A DNA stretch of 58,850 bases from Bacillota bacterium (lineage in GTDB: Bacteria > Bacillota > SHA-98 > UBA4971), in NCBI GenBank assembly GCA_012841305.1, contig DUVA01000181.1, positions 1 to 58,850 on the forward strand, given 5' to 3'. The translations under genes and the position numbers were made by a program. Positions 48,114-56,460 of this stretch are shown one piece after another. Numbering within the stretch: position 1 is the first letter of the stretch; each line of letters starts with the position of its first letter. The notes below the pieces were generated by a model, which had not been told where the DNA came from, made no database searches, and saw nothing but the letters and a program-made list of their open reading frames with translations.

Positions 48114-49973
48114 TCAGCCGACTACTTCGTCGTCTACCCGGAACAGCCAGATTTCGCTATGACCGTTCATGTGTGATATGACAGCTATTTGACCCCTGAT
48201 CGACCAGGTGAATTCAGCTATCCCAGGTGCGCTTATTATCTGTTTTAATCTACCGCCACCCGAAGGGCATACTGCAAGACCTGCGGGGTTTGTCATTAGC
48301 CATTGGCCGCAAGGCGAGATTTCCAGCAAATCTCCGGCTTTCTCAGCCAGAATTCGGTGCAAGCCGTTTGATCTGTCAAAGCAATAGACAGTCTTGTTCA
48401 TTATGTAGTAGATGGACATTCCATCAGGTGATGCCTGTATTGCGCTGATGGCGCCCGGTAGTTGGAACAGTTCATTTGTGGTGCTGCCCTCTGACAATAC
48501 CAGGACACTGGAGGTTTTGTTGCCCGCGGATTGCGTTTCCAGTAATGCAAAGAATTCATAAGATCTGGAAGGACATCTGAGAGCAAGCAGAGTTCCACTC
48601 TTGACGGAGTAGAGTGTCTCATGTGAACCTGACCTTGGATCAAAGACGCCTATTTTGTATCCTCCGCTACCTCGAGCGACGTACCTAAGCACAGCGTTGT
48701 CAGGGCGCCATTCAATCTCAGAAACGGTCCATCCAGAGCCTGCGCTTTCAGCCTTCTCTTTCTTGTCGTCGGCTCTGAATAAGATTTTCCCTTTACTGAG
48801 GTATGCGAAGCTGCTCGCGTTTTTCCCCGGTTCCGGACGTTCATCCGATGGAACGTCTGTAACCTCACTGATATCGCCTGTCATTGCATCAAGCACCTTA
48901 AGCCCTTTTCCTGCCGAGACAAAGAATACTTCGCTTCCGTCAGCTGCCCATGCCGGATTCTTCGAGCCTTTGGCGCCTGCATTGAATCTTGCTATTTCTG
49001 TAAGTGGAACACCGTTATCCACAGGGGCCAACGGAGGCCTTACAGGACAAGCGATAGCCGGTAGGTAGCATGTGGGTTGGTCTCCACATGTTCTGCTGCA
49101 GGTTGCCGCGGAACCGCATGTAGGCACGCAGGTGTAATAACCTTTACAGGTGGCGCTACATGTTGACATGCCCTGGCTGCATGTGGCTGCGCACGTAGGC
49201 GTAGGACTGCATGTTGTTCCGGTTGTAGCGTGTTCAATGTCGCACCCTGATTCACACGTGGGTTGACTCCCGCATGTCTCAGCGCAAGTTGCGCCACACG
49301 TCGCGCCACAAGTTGCACTACACGTTTCCGCGCAAGTGGGGCCGGTTCCACATGTCGCGCTACATGTCGCTGTACAAGTAGGGTTAGTTCCGCACGTCGC
49401 TGCACAAGTAGGATTGGTTCCACAGGTGGCTGCGCATGTGGGGTTAGTTCCGCAAGTCGCACCGCATGTGACTACGCACGTAGGCTTTATCCCGCAGGTT
49501 ACAGCGCATGTAGACCCGCACGTCAGCCCGCAAGTGGGTTTAGTTCCGCAAGTCGCTGAGCATGTGTCTGCGCAAGTAACTTTAGTTCCGCATGTTGCAG
49601 CGCATGTAACGAGACATGTAGATGAGCATGTAGACCCGCACGTCAGCCCGCAAGTAGGTTTAGTGCCGCATGTCACGAGACAGGTGGGCGCAGTAGTAGG
49701 AGCAGGGCATATCCCGGATGTAGCCATAGGTTCTACCTGGTCGTTTTTCTCCCCTGACGAGTCGCTCTCCGGAGTCTCATATTCACTTGATTCGATACGC
49801 CAATACGGATTCTGAAGACGCTTATCCGCGAGTTCCGCCGAGTAAGCGAAAAGAGGTGAATCCATGACTTCCTCGGTAGCCTTCACCTTTGCGGCGGAAG
49901 TCCAAAACCCTACTACAAGCATGCATGAAAGCACTAGTACTACAGTCAAGAACCTTACTCTTTGTCTATTCAT
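48114..49973 (-). CDS. Secreted/anchored protein: signal-anchor, acidic linker, ~220-aa Thr-Cys ladder (about 45 Cys), Pro-rich hinge, TolB-like beta-propeller
   Basis: The ATG at 49973 lies 8 nt after AAGGAGGG, inside the end of the upstream gene (TGAAATG junction). N-terminus is MNRQRVRFLTVVLVLSCMLVVGF. The repeats are TCGTKPTCGLTCGSTC... The C-terminal part has propeller-like blades (ADGSEVFFVS, SPDGMSIYYI, SPCGQWLM). Confidence 0.8.
   Translation of the reverse strand: MNRQRVRFLTVVLVLSCMLVVGFWTSAAKVKATEEVMDSPLFAYSAELADKRLQNPYWRIESSEYETPESDSSGEKNDQVEPMATSGICPAPTTAPTCLVTCGTKPTCGLTCGSTCSSTCLVTCAATCGTKVTCADTCSATCGTKPTCGLTCGSTCAVTCGIKPTCVVTCGATCGTNPTCAATCGTNPTCAATCGTNPTCTATCSATCGTGPTCAETCSATCGATCGATCAETCGSQPTCESGCDIEHATTGTTCSPTPTCAATCSQGMSTCSATCKGYYTCVPTCGSAATCSRTCGDQPTCYLPAIACPVRPPLAPVDNGVPLTEIARFNAGAKGSKNPAWAADGSEVFFVSAGKGLKVLDAMTGDISEVTDVPSDERPEPGKNASSFAYLSKGKILFRADDKKEKAESAGSGWTVSEIEWRPDNAVLRYVARGSGGYKIGVFDPRSGSHETLYSVKSGTLLALRCPSRSYEFFALLETQSAGNKTSSVLVLSEGSTTNELFQLPGAISAIQASPDGMSIYYIMNKTVYCFDRSNGLHRILAEKAGDLLEISPCGQWLMTNPAGLAVCPSGGGRLKQIISAPGIAEFTWSIRGQIAVISHMNGHSEIWLFRVDDEVVG
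49047..49709 (-). repeat. In-frame tandem repeats encoding the Thr-Cys ladder (12-, 30- and 120-nt periodicities)
   Basis: For example, CGTNPTCAAT occurs three times (about 49380-49470), and a near-identical ~47-nt block occurs at about 49507-49553 and 49627-49675. Confidence 0.8.
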
Positions 49974-49974
49974 T

Positions 49975-52545
49975 TCATTTTCCCTCCTTTCCTTTTTCAA
50001 TCAGCCGAAACTCTAAGTCGTAGATGGACTTAAGGGTCGAGTCAGGTATCGTGGAAGTCGTTCCCATGAGTTCATCAGAGAAAAGTCTTGACGCTGCAAA
50101 TACAAAGACCTTACCTCGTCCGATTTGTTTTTCTGCAGCCACCGTCCTTTCCAGGCTATCACCCACTTGCAGATTACCGCCGGCTACTTGGTAAGTGAGG
50201 ACATGTCGCTGGATTGGTTCTCCGTCAAGGCTGATGACAGATGCGATTTTGGGTTCTTTGACGGAAAGTCCGAAATTCCGCAAGAATTCATTGGCCAATC
50301 TGTCCGAGGATCCGTTTCCATGCATAACTAACAGGTATCCACCGGATTCCACGTATTGCCTTATCATATGATATTCACGATTTGAGAAACGTTTAGCAAT
50401 ATTCATAAGCACGACGACGTCGCATTCCAGCGCCTCACGAAGAGATGCAACCCTGGGGCGGCCTTCTACCCGCTGAATCCAGGTATAGAATGTATGGTAG
50501 GCTTTGGATGAATCAAGGAATATTGTCTCCTCCGGCAGCAACATCAAGGTATGATCTCGTTCAAAAGCTACTTCCAGAGTATCGCTGCGAATCTTGGGGG
50601 GATGCCGATAAGCGGCAGAGGTGAGGCTCTGACAGGACCATATGGCCAGATAGATACCTATGAGCGCTGCAAAGGCCATAGAAGGAGCAAGTGGTGCGAA
50701 AGCACGGCCTCTTCTGCGTATAAGCAGGAAGAGCCCGCATAGCAGGACAGCCGCAGCACCTAGAAGAACTGCCGGTAACCAGGTCAGGTATGCATTGCGA
50801 TTGAGCCAACTGATCATGCCTATGAGGAGTTCCCATTTGCCCGGGATAAACATGAAGAAGTTGGACCACACTGTGCTGTCAGTGAATGCTACTACCCTTC
50901 CCTTTCCTGATGAAGCTGCAGCAGCCTGAATCAAGAGTCCATATTCCTTATCCAGATCCGGCCTGTCAGTGGCGAAGAAGTTCTCATGACTATAGTCAAG
51001 ATATAGACTCTTCACTCCATAACCTGTGATTACGCCGGAGGCAAAGGGTGATATCCCCATTGAGCAGGAAGTCGCAAATAGAAATCTCGGAAGAAGTATT
51101 GCCGCAGGGTGACGGAATATGCTACGGTCTTCGTATATTGAGAGGCCTCCGGTTCTGAGATCGTATGTGCCGTCATACTTAAAGCGTAATCCAAATCTCT
51201 CTGCAACAGGATTTAAGTACGTACTGGTTCCAAAGACATTTGTATGATCACCTACTAGGAAAAGCCCTCCGCCTTTCTTGACAAATTCGCAAATAGCGTC
51301 GATTTCTTCTTCGTTATATGCCTCAGTGGGTGTTTTCAACATCAAGATGTCACAAGTCCCGAGGAGTTCACGGGAGATCGGTGAGTCAAGGTTTTTTGCG
51401 ACGTCATAGTAATCTCGAAGATATGCTGCAAGGGAATAGTAATTGTATCCGGAATCTTCTCCGTACCATAGAGTATCGTATGGCCTGGTAGTCTTCTCCC
51501 AGATAGTGTGCTTTTCATCTATGAGGATTCTGCCCCGTTTCTTGATTCCCGGATCTCGAAATCCAAAGGCAAACACCAAAAGAAATGTGATTACACAGGC
51601 AAGAGCTTGAGGAGCCCACTGTTGGGATTGATGTTTGCCTATTTTGGCAGCTCCTTCATGCCGTTTCTTCTTTGGCGAATCTTGTGTGGTTCTTATTGGA
51701 TCTGCGGTATCTTGCGTATTATAGGTATGTGCAAATCCTTTCCAGGCCGGCATTAGGGCGAGAGGCAAGAAGCTTCCTAATACCCATGCAGGCAACCAGA
51801 ATATGTCATAGTCCCGGTATGAGACGGTAACAAGCAGAAGAAACACGTATCGTGCCAGGAAGAATGCAGCCAGAATGCTGAGGACTTCCCCGGTTTCCCG
51901 CATTATATTGATTAGGTTTCTGTTATGTTTCTTTCTTAGGATGACCTTCATGGTGATCCATCCGGCAAATACCATAATCATGAGGAGCAGGTTCAGTTTC
52001 TCCGACGTGGTGGCTAAAGTGAACTCATATCCCGGTGTGCGAATGAAAACACCATTTGCGCAAGGAGCCGCAGTTACTGAAAATATTCGAAGAAGCCAAC
52101 AGATGACCGGGTCTAAGACTTCTATGTGGTGATGACGGGACTCAAAGGCGACGAAAGACGGAAGCACGAGGGCTTGCACAGTCATGACAATTCCTGCAGT
52201 GGCAAAGCCTGCGGCAATCCTACGTAGACGATTTGCAAGAAGAGTCAAGACCAGGCCGCATGCAATGAGACAAAGGCCCAGATTTTCAGGGAACGGAATG
52301 TGCGTCGAGATAAGCACCAGCGGGACAGCGCATAGGACGTACTGCTTGAGTATGGTCCCCGAGGTATCCGCGCCTCTCGAAGAAGGGGATGAGACGCAAA
52401 ACAATACCAGCCCCATGAGCAAGGTTAACGTTCCAAGGCCACGTGAGGGGCTGTAATATGGTAGAAGCAATACCCAACTGAGTGAAAGGCTGACTATGCC
52501 TACCCATAAACCTATGGCGCTCCGTTTCCCTATCTCAATATCCAT
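49975..52545 (-). CDS. 856-aa polytopic membrane protein with two GldG/DUF4350-like extracytoplasmic alpha/beta domains (paralogue 2)
   Basis: About 10 TM segments, then domain (KKGGGLFLVGDHTNVFG...GKGRVVAFTDSTVWSN), 2 TM, then a second domain (ESGGYLLVMHGNG...GRGKVFVFAASRLFSD). Confidence 0.75.
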   Translation of the reverse strand: MDIEIGKRSAIGLWVGIVSLSLSWVLLLPYYSPSRGLGTLTLLMGLVLFCVSSPSSRGADTSGTILKQYVLCAVPLVLISTHIPFPENLGLCLIACGLVLTLLANRLRRIAAGFATAGIVMTVQALVLPSFVAFESRHHHIEVLDPVICWLLRIFSVTAAPCANGVFIRTPGYEFTLATTSEKLNLLLMIMVFAGWITMKVILRKKHNRNLINIMRETGEVLSILAAFFLARYVFLLLVTVSYRDYDIFWLPAWVLGSFLPLALMPAWKGFAHTYNTQDTADPIRTTQDSPKKKRHEGAAKIGKHQSQQWAPQALACVITFLLVFAFGFRDPGIKKRGRILIDEKHTIWEKTTRPYDTLWYGEDSGYNYYSLAAYLRDYYDVAKNLDSPISRELLGTCDILMLKTPTEAYNEEEIDAICEFVKKGGGLFLVGDHTNVFGTSTYLNPVAERFGLRFKYDGTYDLRTGGLSIYEDRSIFRHPAAILLPRFLFATSCSMGISPFASGVITGYGVKSLYLDYSHENFFATDRPDLDKEYGLLIQAAAASSGKGRVVAFTDSTVWSNFFMFIPGKWELLIGMISWLNRNAYLTWLPAVLLGAAAVLLCGLFLLIRRRGRAFAPLAPSMAFAALIGIYLAIWSCQSLTSAAYRHPPKIRSDTLEVAFERDHTLMLLPEETIFLDSSKAYHTFYTWIQRVEGRPRVASLREALECDVVVLMNIAKRFSNREYHMIRQYVESGGYLLVMHGNGSSDRLANEFLRNFGLSVKEPKIASVISLDGEPIQRHVLTYQVAGGNLQVGDSLERTVAAEKQIGRGKVFVFAASRLFSDELMGTTSTIPDSTLKSIYDLEFRLIEKGKEGK

Positions 52546-52572
52546 TGTCCCTCTTCCTCTGTGGATTCTCCG

Positions 52573-54948
52573 TTAAAATGCTATGCTTCTTAAGAACTCG
52601 ATGTTAGCGAGGTTGACTTCTGACAGAGTCTCAAGATTCATGTTTTCCAGGAACATAGAGTCGCCTACCACCGTGACCCTGCCCTGCCCTACTTGCCTGC
52701 AGACCGCGACAGGCCTTCCCCACGCTGAGACTAATGTAATTGCATTCTGACGGGAAGTTGATACAGGCCAGCCTTCACGAAATTTTAAGACACCCCAGGT
52801 TGTCTCTGCGTGAAATCCCCCAAGAGGCACAGGTTCCACCCTAAATCCAAATCTCTCTGCAAGGTTCCTTGTTCCTCGGCTCTCCTCCCAGCCTGTGGCG
52901 ATTACAAGTCTGCCTCCGTCTTCTGCATACTTCTCAAGAAAGTCTATTTCCTTGCTGCTGTATGATTGTTGAGCCCCGATAATGAACACGGTCTCAGCCC
53001 GATACAACACTTCTTCATCAAACTGTTCCATTTGAACAGGAAGAAGCTGGTTTCTTAAGATATTTTGATATAATCCGCCTATGCCTCGCACCCCCCATAG
53101 TTCAGAAGAGAAGGACGGCGAGTGTGACCGGTCTACTACAGCAGTTGCGCCTTGAAATCTCACCTTCTTTGGGGCACAGAACGAGACAGGTATTTCAAGC
53201 AGGATGAATCCGGCTATCGCCGCTGCTATGAGGCTACATAAGATGGTTATTCCCAGCGCAGTCCGGCGAGGCGCCGCCTTGCTTGTGGCTCGCCAGGCCA
53301 GAATGGCAGAGGCTGTAATACAGGCCACAAAGGCGAAGTGAGGCAGCCATCCGGAAGGTGATGCTCTCCTCTGCGAAAGCCAGGAAAATACATTATCAAG
53401 AAAATCGTGGGATAAGGCTAGCGCTCCATTTTGAAAAGGAGATGTATCACCGAAGACCAGGACTTTTCCGCGCCCGAATGACCCTTCAGCTACAACAACT
53501 AGATCCCCCAGACGCTCACCGGGACTGTATTTCAGATCTCCTAAGTATCCTGAATTGCAGTTCATGAGATCTGCTGCGTCAGCAAATCCACAAGTTGCGA
53601 CAACTACAGGCTTACCCGGTAACTTTACCCTGAGCGATGCACCGGTTCCGATTTGAGTCTGGCTTTCATCTATAATGTTCGTGGTGATTGGGTGTCTGCT
53701 GAACATTAGATTGCCTCTACCCCACCCCTCCTCCAAAATACTCCGGGCAGAGTCGAAGCTCACGCCGATGCCTGCAGGCACCATAACACAGTCAAACGGG
53801 TGAGATTCGTCGGGATAGAACGTATGATCCGCGAGGACAAGCAGAGACCCTCCGTGATAGACAAAGTCTTCCAAGGTTTTCTGTTGATCTTCGTTCAAGT
53901 TATCTCTGACATTAATTCCGACAACTATCTGCACACCGGATAAGTCCTGGGATGAGATCTCGCCCCAGGATACATCATACCCTGTTCCCTCAAGATATAC
54001 AGGAAGCCATCCAAATGAAGGCCTGAACTTGTCATTGAAATCATGAGGCGAGGTAGGCTCAAAGTCTACGTCCGGAGCAGCTAGGAACATTACTGACTTA
54101 TGAATCTGTCCCACTGCCATGGGAAGTGCGCCTACGACACACAGCAGTAGAGCGATAACTACGCCTGCAAGTCCTTTCACTCGGAACGCCGGGTTCCAAA
54201 CCAGGTAATAGCTGTTAGAGGAAGCATAGAAGCCTACCAAGACGGAGAAGCAAACAGCCAGGCATAGTACAAAGGGAACATAGCCCAGTCCGTCCAAGCC
54301 CAGGGTCTTGGCGAATATGAGTAAACAGGTAAGGTAAGAAGCCGTGCCTATAAGGAAATAAGTGACTAACATGCCTGGATTGCGCTGATGGCTTAGGGTA
54401 AAAATCACTAGACATACGAGGGTATAGAGCAACATCAGATCAAGGCTAAGATAGGTAGGCCCGTACACCCCAGGCCTTCCCGATAACACCGTAACTATCC
54501 TTGAGATAAATCTGTTGAGTCCCAGTATTTCAGCGTACTGAATGGAAAGGGCGTCCAGAGAGAGGGCCATAGCAGATCCAGTTACGGCTATGGCAAACCA
54601 CAAGACAGGGTACGCCTTTTCATCCCTTGCTGCTATGGACAGGACGAGAGGAATTGTCATGACGAACATAGTCACGTATAGTTTCCCGGTGTAGCTGAGT
54701 CTCTTGGCAGAAAGAAGGAGGAGCGCTGCTAAGATGCAAGTAAGGAAAGGGATTTTGGTTTTGTTGAAGGGAGTCTTCCTCACTAATATGTACATGCACA
54801 GCAAGAACCAGAGGGCTTCCAAGGCATGAGAAAACATGGTTATTCTACATGCAATTACCGACGTGGCAAGGAAGGTACAAAGAGAGCCCCATTCGATGCG
54901 GAATTGCCGCATCACAGGGCTTTCACTTTTTTGAGGAAGCAACGCCAT
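52573..54948 (-). CDS. 791-aa polytopic membrane protein with two GldG/DUF4350-like extracytoplasmic alpha/beta domains (paralogue 1)
   Basis: About 9 TM segments, then domain (YHGGSLLVLADHTFYP...GRGKVLVFGDTSPFQN), 2 TM, then a second domain (EDGGRLVIATGWEE...GQGRVTVVGDSMFLEN). Confidence 0.75.
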   Translation of the reverse strand: MALLPQKSESPVMRQFRIEWGSLCTFLATSVIACRITMFSHALEALWFLLCMYILVRKTPFNKTKIPFLTCILAALLLLSAKRLSYTGKLYVTMFVMTIPLVLSIAARDEKAYPVLWFAIAVTGSAMALSLDALSIQYAEILGLNRFISRIVTVLSGRPGVYGPTYLSLDLMLLYTLVCLVIFTLSHQRNPGMLVTYFLIGTASYLTCLLIFAKTLGLDGLGYVPFVLCLAVCFSVLVGFYASSNSYYLVWNPAFRVKGLAGVVIALLLCVVGALPMAVGQIHKSVMFLAAPDVDFEPTSPHDFNDKFRPSFGWLPVYLEGTGYDVSWGEISSQDLSGVQIVVGINVRDNLNEDQQKTLEDFVYHGGSLLVLADHTFYPDESHPFDCVMVPAGIGVSFDSARSILEEGWGRGNLMFSRHPITTNIIDESQTQIGTGASLRVKLPGKPVVVATCGFADAADLMNCNSGYLGDLKYSPGERLGDLVVVAEGSFGRGKVLVFGDTSPFQNGALALSHDFLDNVFSWLSQRRASPSGWLPHFAFVACITASAILAWRATSKAAPRRTALGITILCSLIAAAIAGFILLEIPVSFCAPKKVRFQGATAVVDRSHSPSFSSELWGVRGIGGLYQNILRNQLLPVQMEQFDEEVLYRAETVFIIGAQQSYSSKEIDFLEKYAEDGGRLVIATGWEESRGTRNLAERFGFRVEPVPLGGFHAETTWGVLKFREGWPVSTSRQNAITLVSAWGRPVAVCRQVGQGRVTVVGDSMFLENMNLETLSEVNLANIEFLRSIAF

Positions 54949-55043
54949 AGACCGAAGCTTTCCTTCTTTCTGGCTTAGGTCGATTAGTCAAGAATATAAG
55001 ACAATGGTGATAGAGGGCGGAAAGAACGGTATTCGGTACTGCA

Positions 55044-55072
55044 ATCATACTACCCGTGAATTGTCCTGTAAA
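55044..55072 (-). promoter_or_regulatory. Sigma-A-type promoter of the three-gene envelope operon
   Basis: Minus strand reads TTTACA-17 nt-TATGAT, about 95 nt upstream of the ATG at 54948. Confidence 0.6.
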
Positions 55073-55108
55073 TAGCATAAATAGAGAATTAACTGATAAG
55101 TCACAAGC

Positions 55109-55138
55109 ATGGCCCCGGCATCAATTTGCCGGGGCCAT
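55109..55138 (-). terminator. Strong hairpin downstream of the GNAT gene (terminator-like, poor U-tract)
   Basis: ATGGCCCCGGC-8 nt-GCCGGGGCCAT, an 11-bp perfect stem. Confidence 0.45.
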
Positions 55139-55165
55139 GTCGATGTGCTCTTCTTCTGTTATGTA

Positions 55166-55708
55166 TTATGAAGCCTTGTTTGAACCTGTTTCTCTCTCAT
55201 TGATATTTCTTTCAATTGCCATGAGAAAGAGTTTCTTAGGATTCCTCTCTTTGGCAATTTGCCTGGTCATTACCCAATTCTTGCGGAATCCGCACCTCTC
55301 GAAGCACCTTACCGCCCGTAGGTTGTCTGCCAGTACCCGAAGGTAAATCCGGTCCAGTCTTGTGGTGGAAAACACATAGTCCAGTAAGGACGAAATCGCG
55401 TCATGCCCGTAACCTTTACCGAGGTACTTCGGGTGTCCTATACGAACCACGAGCTCAGCTTCACTTCTGCGCCAGTTGATTTCTACAAGGCCAATGTCTC
55501 CAATTAGCGTGCCATCTTCTGCCTCTATTGCAAACATTCTTGTGGTGCGAGCATTTATCCGAGACATGTATTCCTCGCTTACTGTGAGGCGCCTGCTAGA
55601 ATGTTCAAATGCCGCAGTCGCGATGTGCTGCGCTGCTTCCCACTGACATATGACTTCCAAATCGGCGCCGTTTAGCGGACGAAGTAAAATCTTTTCGCCT
55701 TTAATCAC
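55166..55708 (-). CDS. GNAT-family N-acetyltransferase (RimJ/RimL-like)
   Basis: ILLRPL..., IGDIGLVEINW, GKGYGHDAISSLLDYVF, NLRAVRCFERCGF. GTG start at 55708 lies 8 nt after AGAGGTG. The longer ORF into spoVS was rejected. Confidence 0.75.
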   Translation of the reverse strand: MIKGEKILLRPLNGADLEVICQWEAAQHIATAAFEHSSRRLTVSEEYMSRINARTTRMFAIEAEDGTLIGDIGLVEINWRRSEAELVVRIGHPKYLGKGYGHDAISSLLDYVFSTTRLDRIYLRVLADNLRAVRCFERCGFRKNWVMTRQIAKERNPKKLFLMAIERNINERETGSNKAS

Positions 55709-55839
55709 CTGCGTGACACCTCTTCTTCCAGTCCACCACCCCACTTGTCGCAAAAAGACTTCGCCCCTGACCCCTCTGATACCTTTAAGTATTTTTATCC
55801 GCTTTCGGCATCCATGACCATGTATTATTTCCTGTGAGC

Positions 55840-56100
55840 TCACCTTGGCTGTACAATCAACTTGATCGCGGTCCTTTCTTCCCCGTCAATCTGCACATCA
55901 GTAAATGCAGGAATCATCACCAGATCTATGCCACTTGGCGCCACAAAGCCCCTGGCAATAGCAACAGCCTTAACAGCCTGATTCAGGGCGGCCGCGCCGA
56001 CTGCCTGAACTTCAGCACCTCCTCGTTCTCTCACAACTCCTGCCAACGCACCTGCCACGGAATTGGGATTTGACTTAGCAGACACTTTGAGGACTTCCAT
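55840..56100 (-). CDS. spoVS: Stage V sporulation protein S
   Basis: MEVLKVSAKSNPNSVAGALAGV...AVGAAALNQAVKAVAIARGF, 86 aa. Confidence 0.95.
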   Translation of the reverse strand: MEVLKVSAKSNPNSVAGALAGVVRERGGAEVQAVGAAALNQAVKAVAIARGFVAPSGIDLVMIPAFTDVQIDGEERTAIKLIVQPR

Positions 56101-56460
56101 ACTAAATTCCTCCTTGTATGGCCTGGAATGCCGGTTATGGATGAACTATTATATACCAAGGTATTACATTCCTGCTATATTTTCATATACAGTTAAAAAA
56201 ACGTGGAAGGGAAATACTTAAGTATGAGTTCATGAGACCGTTGGACTTCGCCAGTAACCACCAGTTTCGCCGAAGACGTCGACCAGTCTCTGCGATTCGA
56301 GAGGGCTGTGTTAACATAATGTGGGAAAGAGCAACGGTCTCGTTCATTAGTTTTTGCTCGTTTTCTCAGGACTTGGGTTGGCGGTGATTGCAACGAGGGG
56401 TGTCAAAATTCGGCCACTAGCCTACGGGCCGGATTTTGTCAAGGCAACCCGCTTGGGGAG

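Noticed and set aside
49263-49815. Plus-strand ORFs of 98-159 aa with striking His-Val/Gly-Leu-Val-Pro repeats (HVGLVPQVAAHV...)
   Set aside because: They are the antisense reading of the Thr-Cys repeat DNA. They have no RBS, and the minus-strand frame continues into a signal peptide and a propeller domain.
55709-55843. Long 5' extension of the GNAT ORF reaching into spoVS
   Set aside because: The GNAT domain begins at IKGEKILLRPL. A GTG at 55708 with an AGAGGTG RBS gives a normal 180-aa enzyme, while the extension has no homology features.
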